From positions 360,530,001 to 360,594,000 of the forward strand of contig OZ024742.1 in NCBI GenBank assembly GCA_964016885.1: 64,000 bases of DNA, in the 5' to 3' direction. Below the pieces are notes generated by a model, which saw nothing but the letters and a program-made list of their open reading frames with translations, had not been told where the DNA came from and did not search any database. A program made the translations under genes and the position numbers. Source of the stretch: Eledone cirrhosa (Eukaryota). This document shows, piece after piece, positions 27,225 to 39,440 of the stretch (the first letter of the stretch is position 1; each line of letters opens with the position of its first letter).

Positions 27225-30200
27225 GGAAGAAGAGATAGTTCTAGAGAGAGGGGGAAGAAGAGATAGTTCTAGAGAGAGGGGGAAAAGAGATAGTTCTAGA
27301 GAGAGGGGGAAGAAGTGATAGTTCTAGAGAGAGGGGGAAGAAGAGATAGTTCTAGAGAGAGAGGGAAGAAGAGATAGTTCTAGAGAGAGGGGTAAAAGTG
27401 ATAGTTCTAGAGAGAGGGGGGAAGTAGATATAGTTCTAGAGAGAGGGGGAACAAGAGATAGTTCTAGAGAGAGAGGGGAAGTAGATATAATTCCAGAGAG
27501 AGAGGGGGAAAAGAAATAATTCTAAAGAGAGGGGGGAAGAAGAGATAGTTGTAGAGAGAGGGGGAAGAGGAGATAATTCTAGAGAGAGGGGTGAAGAAGA
27601 GATAGTTCTAGAGAGAGGGGTGAAGAAGAGATAGTTCTAGAGAGGGGGTTAGAAGAGATAGTTCTAGAGAGAGTGGGAAGAAGAGATAGTTCTAGAGAGA
27701 GGGGGGGAAGAAGAGATAGTTCTATTGAGTGAGGGGAGAAGAGAGCGTTCTAGAGAAAGAGGGAAGAGATAGTTCTAGAGAGAGGGGGAAGAAGAGATAG
27801 TACTAGAGAGATGGGGTGGGGAAGAAGAGATAGTTCTAGAGAGAGGGGGGAGAAGTGATAGTTCTAGAGAGCGGGGGAAGAAGAGATAGTTCTAGAGAGA
27901 GGGGGTAAGAAGAGATAGTTCTATTGAGTGAGGGGAGCAGAGAGTGTTCTAGAGAGAGGGGGGCGGAGAAGATATAGTTCTAGAGAGAGGGGTGTAGAAG
28001 AGACAGTTCTAGAGAGAGGAGAGAAGAAGAGATAGTTCTAGAGAGAGGGGGAAGAAGAGATAGTTCTAGAGAGAGCGGGATAGAAGAGATAGTTCTAGAG
28101 AGATGGGGAAGAAGAGATAGTACTAGAGAGATGGGGGTGGGGAAGAAGAGATAGTTCTAGAGAGAGTGGGCGGAGAAGATATAGTTCTAGAGAGAGGGGT
28201 GTAGAAAAGACAGTTCAAGAGAGAGGAGAGAAGAAGAGATAGTTCTAGAGAGAGGGGGAAGAAGAGATAGTTCTAGAGAGAGGGGGAAGAAGAGATAGTT
28301 CTAGAGAGAGGGGGGAAGAAGAGATAATTCTAGAGATAGGGGGAAGAAGAGATAGTTCTAGAGAGAGGGGGAAGAAGAGATAGTTCTAGAGAGAGGGGGG
28401 AAGAAGAGCTAGTTCTAGAGAGAGGGGGAAGGAGAGATAGTTCTAGGGAGAGGGGGGAAGAAGAGATAGTTCTAGAGAGAGGGGAGAAGAAGAGATAATT
28501 CTAGATGGAACGGAAAGGAGACATAGTTCTAGAGGGAGGTGGAGGGAGTAGAGATAGTTCTAGAGAGAGGAGGAACAAGAGATAGTTCTAGAGAGAAAGA
28601 GAGAAGAAGAGATAGTTCTAGAGAAATGGGGGATGTAGATATAGTTCCAGAGAGAGAGGGTAAAAGAGATAATTCTAGAGAGAGGGGGAAGTAGAGATTG
28701 TTCTAGAGAGAGGGGAAAGAAGAGATAGTTCTAGAGAGAGGGGGAAAAGAGATAGTTCTAGAGAGAGGCGGAAGAAGAGATAGTTCTAGAGAGAGGGGGA
28801 AAAGAGTTAGTTCTAGAGAGAGGGGGAAGAAGAGATAGTTCTAGAGAGAGAAGAAAGAAGAGATAGTTCTAGAGAGAGGGGGATAAAGAGATAGTTCTAG
28901 AGAGAGGGGGGAGAAGAGATAGTTCTAGAGAGAGGGTCAGAAGAAGAGATAGTTCTAGAGAGGGGGGAATTAGAGGTAGTTCTATAGAGGGGGGTAAGAA
29001 GAGATAGTTCTAGAGAGAGGGGTAAAAGAGATAGTTCTAGAGAGAGGGGGAAGTAGATATAGTTCTAGAGAGAGGGGGAAGAAGAGATAATTCTAGAGAG
29101 AGGGGGAAGAAGAGATAGTTCTAGAAAGAGGGGGAAGAAGAGATAGTTCTAGAAAGAGGGGGAAGAAGAGATAGTTCTATAGAGAAAGGTAGGGAGAAGA
29201 GATAGTTATATATAAAGGGGGGAGAAGAGATAGTTCTAGAGAGAGTGGGGAAGAAAAGATAGTTGTAGAGAGAGAGGGGAAGAAGAGATAGTTCTAGAGA
29301 GAAGGGGATGAAGAGATAGTTCTAGTGAGAGGGAGGGAAGAAGAGATTGTTCTAGAGAGGGGTGGAAGAAGATATAGATCGAGAGATGGGGAAGAAACTA
29401 TAGTTCTACAGAGAGGGGGAGAAGAGATAGTTCTAGAGACAGGGGGAAGAAGCGATATTTCTAGCGAGAGGGGGGAGAAGAGATAGTTCTATAAAGAGGG
29501 GAGTGAGAGATAATTCTAGAGAGAGGGGGAAGAAGAGATAGTTCTAGAGCGAGGGGGGAAGAAGAGATAGTTCTAGAGAGAGGGGGAAGAAGAGATACTT
29601 CTAGAGAGAGGGGAAAGAAGAGATAGTTCTAGAGAGAGGGGGGAAGAAGAGATAGTTCTAGAGAGGGGGGGGTGAATGGGTGATAGTTCTAGAGAGAGTG
29701 GGGAAGAAGAGATAGTTCTAGAGAGAGGGGGGAAGAAGAGATAGTTCTAGAGAGAGGGGGAAGAAGAGATAGTTCTAGAGAGTGGGGGGAAGAAGAGATA
29801 ATTCTAGAGAGAGGGGGAAGAAGAGATAGTTCTAGAGAGAGGGGAAGAAGAGATAGTTCTAGAGAGAGGGGTAAAAGAGATAGTTCTAGAGAGAGGGGGG
29901 AAGTAGATATAGTTCTAGAGAGAGTGGGAAGAAGAGATAATTCTAGAGAGAGGAGGGAAGAAGATATAGTTCCAGATAGAGAGGGGGGAAGAAGAGATAG
30001 TTCTAGAGAGAGGGGGAAGAAGAGATAGTTCTAGAGAGAGGGGTGAAGAAGAGATAGTTCTAGAGAGAGGGGGAAGAAGAGATAGTTCTAGAGAGAGGGG
30101 GGAAGAAGAGATAGTTCTAGAGAGGGGGGGAATAAGAGATAGTTCTAGAGAGAGGGGGAAAAGAGATAGTTCTAGAGAGAGGGGGAAGAAGTGATAGTTC

Positions 30201-33200
30201 TAGAGAGAGGTGGAATAAGAGATAGTTCTAGAGAGAGGGGGAAGAAGACATAGTTCTAGAGAGAGGGGGAAGAAGAGATAGTTCTAGAGAGAGGGGTAAA
30301 AGAGATAGTTCTAGAGAGAGGGGGGAAGTAGATATAGTTCTAGAGAGAGGGGGAGGAAGAGATAATTCTAGAGAGAGGGGGGAAGAAGATATAGTTCCAG
30401 ATAGAGAGGGGGAAAAGAAATAGTTCTAGAGAGAGGGCGAAAGAAGAGATAGTTCTAGAGAGAGGGGGAAGAAGAGATAGTTCTATAGAGAGGGGGAAGA
30501 AGAGATAGTTCTAGAGAGAGAGGGGAAGTAGATATAGTTCCAGAGAGAGAGGGGGAAAAGAAATAATTCTAAAGAGAGGGGGGAAGAAGAGATAGTTGTA
30601 GAGAGAGGGGTGAAGAAGAGATAGTTCTAGAGAGAGGGGGTAAGAAGAGATAGTTCTAGAGAGAAGAAGAGATAGTTCTAGAGAGAGTGGTGAAGAAGAG
30701 ATAGTTCTAGAGAGGGGGGTAGAAGAGATAGTTCTAGAGAGGGGGGTAGAAGAGATAGTTCTAGAGAGAGTGGGAAGAAGAGATAATTCTAGAGAGAGGG
30801 GGGAAGAAGATATAGTTCCAGATAGAGAGGGGAAAAAAAATAGTTCTAGAGAGAGGGGGAAGAAGTGATAGTTCTAGAGAGAGGGGGAAGAAGAGATAGT
30901 TCTAGAGAGAGAGGGAAGAAGAGATAATTCTAGAGAGAGGGGGAAGAAGAGTTAGTTCAAGAGAGAGCGAGATAGAAGAGATAGTTCTAGAGAGATGGGG
31001 TGAAGAAGAGATAGTTCTAGAGAGGGGGGTAGAAGAGATAGTTCTAGAGAGAGTGGGAAGAAGAGATAGTTCTAGAGAGAGGGGGGAAGAAGATATAGTT
31101 CCAGATAGAGAGGGGGCAAAGAAATAGTTCTAGAGAGAGGGGGGAAGAAGAGATAGTTCTAGAGAGAGGGGGAAGAAGAGATAGTTCTAGAGAGAGGGGT
31201 GAAGAAGAGATAGTTCTAGAGAGAGGGGGAAGAAGAGATAGTTCTAGAGAGAGGGGGGAAGAAGAGATAGTTCTAGAGAGGGGGGGGAAAAGAGATAGTT
31301 CTAGAGAGAGGGGGAAGAAGTGATAGTTCTAGAGAGAGGTGGAATAAGAGATAGTTCTAGAGAGAGGGGGAAGAAGACATAGTTCTAGAGAGAGGGGGAA
31401 GAAGAGATAGTTCTAGAGAGACGGGTAAAAGAGATAGTTCTAGAGAGAGGGGGGAAGTAGATATAGTTCTAGAGAGAGGGGGAGGAAGAGATAATTCTAG
31501 AGAGAGGGGGAAGAAGAGATAGTTCTAGAGAGAGAAGGAAGAAGAGATAGTTCTAGAGAGAGGGGGAAGAAGAGATAGTTCTAGAGAGAGGGGGGAGAAG
31601 AGATAGTTCTAGAGAGAGGGGGTGAAGAAGAGATAGTTCTAGAGAGGGGGGAATTAGAGGTAGTTCTATAGAGGGGGGTAAGAAGAGATAGTTCTAGAGA
31701 GAGGGGGAAGTAGATATAGTTCTAGAGAGAGGGGGAAGAAGAGATAATTCTAGAGAGAGGGGGACGAAGAGATAGTTCTAGAAAGAGGGGGAAGAAGAGA
31801 TAGTTCTAGAAAGAGGGGGAAGAAGAGATAGTTATATATAGAGGGGGGAGAAGAGATAGTTCTAGAGAGAGTGGGGAAGAAAAGATAGTTGTAGAGAGAG
31901 AGGGGAAGAAGAGATAGTTCTAGAGAGAGGGGGATGAAGAGATAGTTCTAGTGAGAGGGAGGGAAGAAGAGATTGTTCTAGAGAGGGGGGGAAGAAGATA
32001 TAGATCGAGAGATGGGGAAGAAACTATAGTTCTACAGAGAGGGGGAAGAAGAGATAGGTCTAGAGAGGGGGGGGGAGAAGAGATAGTTCTAGAGAGAGGG
32101 GGAAGAAGAGACAATTCTAGAGAGAGGGGGAAGAAGAGATAGTTCTAGAGACAGGGGGAAGAAGCGATATTTCTAGCGAGAGGGGGGAGAAGAGATAGTT
32201 CTATAAAGAGGGGAGTGAGAGATAATTCTAGAGAGAGGGGGAAGAAGAGATAGTTCTAGAGCGAGGGGGGAAGAAGAGATAGTTCTAGAGAGAGGGGGAA
32301 GAAGAGATACTTCTAGAGAGAGGGGAAAGAAGAGATAGTTCTAGAGAGAGGGGGAAGAAGAGATAGTACTAGAGAGATGGGGGTGGGGAAGAAGAGATAG
32401 TTCTAGAGAGAGGGGGGAGATGAGATAGTTCTAGAGAGCGGGGGAAGAAGAGATAGTTCTAGAGAGAGGGGGTAAGCAGAGATAGTTCTAGAGAGAGGGG
32501 GAAGAAGATATAGTTCTAGAGAGAGGGGGGCGGAGAAGATATAGTTCTAGAGAGAGGGGTGTAGAAGAGACAGTTCTAGAGAGAGGAGAAAAGAAGAGAT
32601 AGTTCTAGAGAGAGGGGGAAGAAGAGATAGTTCTAGAGAGAGCGGGATAGAAGAGATAGTTCTAGAGAGATGGGGAAGAAGAGATAGTACTAGAGAGATG
32701 GGGGTGGGGAAGAAGAGATAGTTCTAGAGAGAGGGGGGCGGAGAAGATATAGTTCTAGAGAGAGGGGTGTAGAAGAGACAGTTCTAGAGAGAGGAGAGAA
32801 GAAGAGATAGTTCTAGAGAGAGGTGGAAGAAGAGATAGTTCTAGAGAGAGGGGGAAGAGATAGTTCTAGAGAGAGGGGGGAAGAAGAGATAATTCTAGAG
32901 AGAGGGGGAAGAAGAGATAGTTCTAGAGAGAAGGGGAAGAAGAGATAGTTCTAGAGATAGGGGGGAAGAAGAGCTAGTTCTAGAGAGAGGGGGAAGAAGA
33001 GATAGTTCTAGAGAGAGGGGGGAAGAAGAGATAGTTCTAGAGAGAGGGGAGAAGAAGAGATAGTTCTAGATGGAACGGAAAGGAGACATAGTTCTAGAGG
33101 GAGGTGGAGGGAGTAGAGATAGTTCTAGAGAGAGGACGAACAAGAGATAGTTCTAGAGAGAAAGAGAGAAGAAGAGATAGTTCTAGAGAGATGGGGGATG

Positions 33201-36200
33201 TAGATATAGTTCTAGAGAGAGGGGGAAGAAGAGATAATTCTAGAGAGAGGGGGGGAAGAAGATATAGTTCCAGATAGAGAGGGGAAAAGAAATAGTTCTA
33301 GAGAGAGGGGGAGGAAGTGATAGTTCTAGAGAGAGGGGGATAGAAGAGATAGTTCTAGAGAGAGCGGGATAGAAGAGATAGTTCTAGAGAGATGGGGAAG
33401 AAGAGATAGTACTAGAGAGATGGGGGTGGGGAAGAAGAGATAGTTCTAGAGAGAGGGGGCGGAGAAGATATAGTTCTAGAGAGAGGGGTGTAGAAAAGAC
33501 AGTTCAAGAGAGAGGAGAGAAGAAGAGATAGTTCTAGAGATAGGGGGAAGAAGAGATAGTTCTAGAGAGAGGGGGAAGAAGAGATAGTTCTAGAGAGAGG
33601 GGGGAAGAAGAGCTAGTTCTAGAGAGAGGGGGAAGAAGAGATAGTTCTAGGGAGAGGGTGGAAGAAGAGATAGTTCTAGAGAGAGGGGGAAGAAGACATA
33701 GTTCTAGAGAGTGGGGGAAGAAGAGATAGTTCTAGAGAGAGGGGTAAAAGAGATAGTTCTAGAGAGAGGGGGGAAGTAGATATAGTTCTAGAGAGAGGGG
33801 GAGGAAGAGATAATTCTAGAGAGAGGGGGGAAGAAGATATAGTTCCAGATAGAGAGGGGGAAAAGAAATAGTTCTAGAGAGAGGGCGAAAGAAGAGATAG
33901 TTCTAGAGAGAGGGGGAAGAAGAGATAGTTCTAGAGAGAGAGGTGAAGAAGAGATAGTTCTAGAGAGGGGGGGTAGAAGAGATAGTTCTAGAGAGAGTGG
34001 GAAGAAGAGATAGTTCTAGAGAGAGAGGGGAAGAAGAGATAGTTCTATTGAGTGAGGGGAGAAGAGAGTGTTCTAGAGAAAGAGGGAAGAGATAGTTCTA
34101 GAGAGAGGGGGAAGAAGAGATAGTACTAGAGAGATGGGGGTGGGGAAGAAGAGATAGTTCTAGAGAGAGGGGGGAGAAGAGATAGTTCTAGAGAGCGGGG
34201 GAAGAAGAGATAGTTCTAGAGAGAGGGGTTAAGAAGAGATAGTTCTAGAGAGAGGGGGAAGAAGATATAGTTCTATAGAGAGGGGGAAGAAGAGATAGTT
34301 CTAGAGAGAGCGGGATAGAAGAGATAGTTCTAGAGAGATGGGGAAGAAGAGATAGTACTAGAGAGATGGGGGTGGGGAAGAAGAGATAGTTCTAGAGAGA
34401 GGGGGCGGAGAAGATATAGTTCTAGAGAGAGGGGTGTAGAAAAGACAGTTCAAGAGAGAGGAGAGAAGAAGAGATAGTTCTAGAGAGAGGGGGAAGAAGA
34501 GATAGTTCTAGAGAGAGGGGGAAGAAGAGATAGTTCTAGAGAGAGGGGAAAGAAGAGATAATTCTAGCGATAGGGGGAAGAAGAGATAGTTCTAGAGAGA
34601 GGGGGAAGAAGAGATAGTTCTAGAGAGAGGGGGGAAGAAGAGCTAGTTCTAGAGAGAGGGGGAAGAAGAGATAGTTCTAGGGAGAGGGGGGAAGAAGAGA
34701 TAGTTCTAGAGAGAGGGGAGAAGAAGAGATAGTTCTAGATGGAACGGAAAGGAGACATAGTTCTAGAGGGAGGTGGAGGGAGTAGAGATAGTTCTAGAGA
34801 GAGGAGGAACAAGAGATAGTTCTAGAGAGAAAGAGAGAAGAAGAGATAGTTCTAGAGAGATGGGGGATGTAGATATAGTTCCAGAGAGAGAGGGTAAAAG
34901 AGACAATTCTAGAGAGAGGGGGAAGTAGAGATTGTTCTAGAGAGAGGGGAAAGAAGAGATAGTTCTAGAGAGAGGGGGAAAAGAGATAGTTCTAGAGAGA
35001 GGCGGAAGAAGAGATAGTTCTAGAGAGAGGGGGAAGAAGAGATAGTTCTAGAGAGAGGGGGGAAGAAGAGCTAGTTCTAGAGAGAGGGGGAAGAAGAGAT
35101 AGTTCTAGGGAGAGGGGGGAAGAAGAGATAGTTCTAGAGAGAGGGGGAAGAAGACATAGTTCTAGAGAGTAGGGGAAGAAGAGATAGTTCTAGAGAGAGG
35201 GGTAAAAGAGATAGTTCTAGAGAGAGGGGGGAAGTAGATATAGTTCTAGAGAGAGGGGGAGGAAGAGATAATTCTAGAGAGAGGGGGGAAGAAGATATAG
35301 TTCCAGGTAGAGAGGGGGAAAAGAAATAGTTCTAGAGAGAGGGCGAAAGAAGAGATAGTTCTAGAGAGAGGGGGAAGAAGAGATAGTTCTAGAGAGAGGG
35401 GGAAGAAGAGATAGTTCTAGAGAGAGAGGGGAAGTAGATATAGTTCCAGAGAGAGAGGGGGAAAAGAAATAATTCTAAAGAGAGGGGGGAAGAAGAGATA
35501 GTTGTAGAGAGAGGGGTGAAGAAGAGATAGTTCTAGAGAGAGGGGGAAGAAGAGATAGTTCTAGAGAGAAGAAGAGATAGTTCTAGAGAGAGGGGTGGAG
35601 AAGAGATAGTTCTAGAGAGGGGGGTAGAAGAGATAGTTCTAGAGAGAGTGGGAAGAAGAGATAGTTCTAGAGAGAGGGGGGAAGAAGAGATAGTTCTATT
35701 GAGTGAGGGGAGAAGAGAGTGTTCTAGAGAAAGAGGGAAGAGATAGTTCTAGAGAGAGGGGGAAGAAGAGATAGTACTAGAGAGATGGGGGTGGGGAAGA
35801 AGAGATAGTTCTAGAGAGAGGGGGGAGAAGAGATAGTTCTAGAGAGCGGGGGAAGAAGACATAGTTCTAGAGAGAGGGGGTAAGAAGAGATAGTTCTAGA
35901 GAGAGGGGGAAGAAGATATAGTTCTAGAGAGAGGGGGGCGGAGAAGATATAGTTCTAGAGAGAGGGGTGTAGAAGAGACAGTTCTAGAGAGAGGAGAGAA
36001 GAAGAGATAGTTCTAGAGAGAGGGGGAAGAAGAGATAGTTCTAGAGAGAGCGGGATAGAAGAGATAGTTCTAGAGAGATGGGGAAGAAGAGATAGTACTA
36101 GAGAGATGGGGGTGGGGAAGAAGAGATAGTTCTAGAGAGAGGGGGGCGGAGAAGATATAGTTCTAGAGAGAGGGGTGTAGAAGAGACAGTTCTAGAGAGA

Positions 36201-36439
36201 GGAGAGAAGAAGTGATAGTTCTAGAGAGAGGGGGAAGAAGAGATAGTTCTAGAGAGAGGGGGAAGAAGAGATAGTTCTAGAGAGAGGGGGGAAGAAGAGA
36301 TAATTCTAGAGAGAGGGGGAAGAAGAGATAGTTCTAGAGAGAGGGGGAAGAAGAGATAGTTCTAGAGAGAGGGGGGAAGAAGAGCTAGTTCTAGAGAGAG
36401 GGGGAAGAAGAGATAGTTCTAGAGAGAGGCGTGAAGAAG

Positions 36440-39400
36440 AGATAGTTCTAGAGAGAGGGGAGAAGAAGAGATAGTTCTAGATGGAACGGAAAGGAGACAT
36501 AGTTCTAGAGGGAGGTGGAGGGAGTAGAGATAGTTCTAGAGAGAGGAGGAACAAGAGATAGTTCAAGAGAGAAAGAGAGAAGAAGAGATAGTTCTAGAGA
36601 GATGGGGGATGTAGATATAGTTCCAGAGAGAGAGGGTAAAAGAGATAGTTCTAGAGAGAGGGGGGAAGTAGATATAGTTCTAGAGAGAGGGGGAAGAAGA
36701 GATAATTCTAGAGAGAGGGGGGAAGAAGATATAGTTCCAGATAGAGAAGGGAAAAGAAATAGTTCTAGAGAGAGGGGGAAGAAGTGATAGTTCTAGAGAG
36801 AGGGGGAAGAAGAGATAGTTCTAGAGAGAGAGGGAAAAAGAGATAATTCTAGAGAGAGGGGGAAGAAGAGATAGTTCTAGAGAGAGCGGGATAGAAGAGA
36901 TAGTTCTAGAGAGAGAGGGGGAAAAGAAATAATTCTAAAGAGAGGGGGGAAGAAGAGATAGTTGTAGAGAGAGGGGGAAGAGGAGATAGTTCTAGAGAGA
37001 GGGGTGAAGAAGAGATAGTTCTAGAGAGAGGGGGGAAGAAGAGATAGTTCTAGAGAGAAGAAGAGATAGTTCTAGAGAGAGGGGTGAAGAAGAGATAGTT
37101 CTAGAGAGGGGGGTAGAAGAGATAGTTCTAGAGAGAGTGGGAAGAAGAGATAGTTCTAGAGAGAGAGGGGAAGAAGAGATAGTTCTATTGAGTGAGGGGA
37201 GAAGAGAGTGTTCTAGAGAAAGAGGGAAGAGATAGTTCTAGAGAGAGGGGGAAGAAGAGATAGTACTAGAGAGATGGGGGTGGGGAAGAAGAGATAGTTC
37301 TAGAGAGAGGGGGGAGAAGAGATAGTTCTAGAGAGCGGGGGAAGAAGAGATAGTTCTAGAGAGAGGGGGTAAGAAGAGATAGTTCTAGAGAGAGGGGGAA
37401 GAAGATATAGTTCTATAGAGAGGGGGAAGAAGAGATAGTTCTAGAGAGAGCGGGATAGAAGAGATAGTTCTAGAGAGATGGGGAAGAAGAGATAGTACTA
37501 GAGAGATGGGGGTGGTGAAGAAGAGATAGTTCTAGAGAGAGGGGGCGGAGAAGATATAGTTCTAGAGAGAGGGGTGTAGAAAAGACAGTTCAAGAGAGAG
37601 GAGAGAAGAAGAGATAGTTCTAGAGAGAGGGGGAAGAAGAGATAGTTCTAGAGAGAGGGGGAAGAAGAGATAGTTCTAGAGAGAGGGGAAAGAAGAGATA
37701 ATTCTAGCGATAGGGGGAAGAAGAGATAGTTCTAGAGAGAGGGGGAAGAAGAGATAGTTCTAGAGAGAGGGGGGAAGAAGAGCTAGTTCTAGAGAGAGGG
37801 GGAAGAAGAGATAGTTCTAGGGAGAGGGGGGAAGAAGAGATAGTTCTAGAGAGAGGGGAGAAGAAGAGATAGTTCTAGATGGAACGGAAAGGAGACATAG
37901 TTCTAGAGGGAGGTGGAGGGAGTAGAGATAGTTCTAGAGAGAGGAGGAACAAGAGATAGTTCAAGAGAGAAAGAGAGAAGAAGAGATAGTTCTAGAGAGA
38001 TGGGGGATGTAGATATAGTTCCAGAGAGAGAGGGTAAAAGAGATAGTTCTAGAGAGAGGGGGGAAGTAGATATAGTTCTAGAGAGAGGGGGAAGAAGAGA
38101 TAATTCTAGAGAGAGGGGGGAAGAAGATATAGTTCCAGATAGAGAGGGGAAAAGAAATAGTTCTAGAGAGAGGGGGAAGAAGTGATAGTTCTAGAGAGAG
38201 GGGGAAGAAGAGATAGTTCTAGAGAGAGAGGGAAAAAGAGATAATTCTAGAGAGAGGGGGAAGAAGAGATAGTTCTAGAGAGAGCGGGATAGAAGAGATA
38301 GTTCTAGAGAGAGAGGGGGAAAAGAAATAATTCTAAAGAGAGGGGGGAAGAAGAGATAGTTGTAGAGAGAGGGGGAAGAGGAGATAGTTCTAGAGAGAGG
38401 GGTGAAGAAGAGATAGTGCTAGAGAGAGGGGGGAAGAAGAGATAGTTCTAGAGAGAAGAAGAGATAGTTATAGAGAGAGGGGTGAAGAAGAGATAGTTCT
38501 AGAGAGGGGGGGTAGAAGAGATAGTTCTAGAGAGAGTGGGAAGAAGAGATAGTTCTAGAGAGAGAGGGGAAGAAGAGATAGTTCTATTGAGTGAGGGGAG
38601 AAGAGAGTGTTCTAGAGAAAGAGGGAAGAGATAGTTCTAGAGAGAGGGGGAAGAAGAGATAGTACTAGAGAGATGGGGGTGGGGAAGAAGAGATAGTTCT
38701 AGAGAGAGGGGGGAGAAGAGATAGTTCTAGAGAGCGGGGGAAGAAGAGATAGTTCTAGAGAGAGGGGGTAAGAAGAGATAGTTCTAGAGAGAGGGGGAAG
38801 AAGATATAGTTCTATAGAGAGGGGGAAGAAGAGATAGTTCTAGAGAGAGCGGGATAGAAGAGATAGTTCTAGAGAGATGGGGAAGAAGAGATAGTACTAG
38901 AGAGATGGGGGTGGGGAAGAAGAGATAGTTCTAGAGAGAGGGGGCGGAGAAGATATAGTTCTAGAGAGAGGGGTGTAGAAAAGACAGTTCAAGAGAGAGG
39001 AGAGAAGAAGAGATAGTTCTAGAGAGAGGGGGAAGAAGAGATAGTTCTAGAGAGAGGGGGAAGAAGAGATAGTTCTAGAGAGAGGGGAAAGAAGAGATAA
39101 TTCTAGCGATAGGGGGAAGAAGAGATAGTTCTAGAGAGAGGGGGAAGAAGAGATAGTTCTAGAGAGAGGGGGGAAGAAGAGCTAGTTCTAGAGAGAGGGG
39201 GAAGAAGAGATAGTTCTAGGGAGAGGGGGGAAGAAGAGATAGTTCTAGAGAGAGGGGAGAAGAAGAGATAGTTCTAGATGGAACGGAAAGGAGACATAGT
39301 TCTAGAGGGAGGTGGAGGGAGTAGAGATAGTTCTAGAGAGAGGAGGAACAAGAGATAGTTCTAGAGAGAAAGAGAGAAGAAGAGATAGTTCTAGAGAGAT

Positions 39401-39440
39401 GGGGGATGTAGATATAGTTCCAGAGAGAGAGGGTAAAAGA
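36440..39440 (+). repeat. Higher-order repeat, ~2.1 tandem copies of ~1,398 bp
   Basis: ATGGAACGGAAAGG at 36481/37879/39278. Identical 90-aa spurious ORFs at 36515/37913. TTCTAGCGATAGG at ~37702/39101. Confidence 0.92.
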
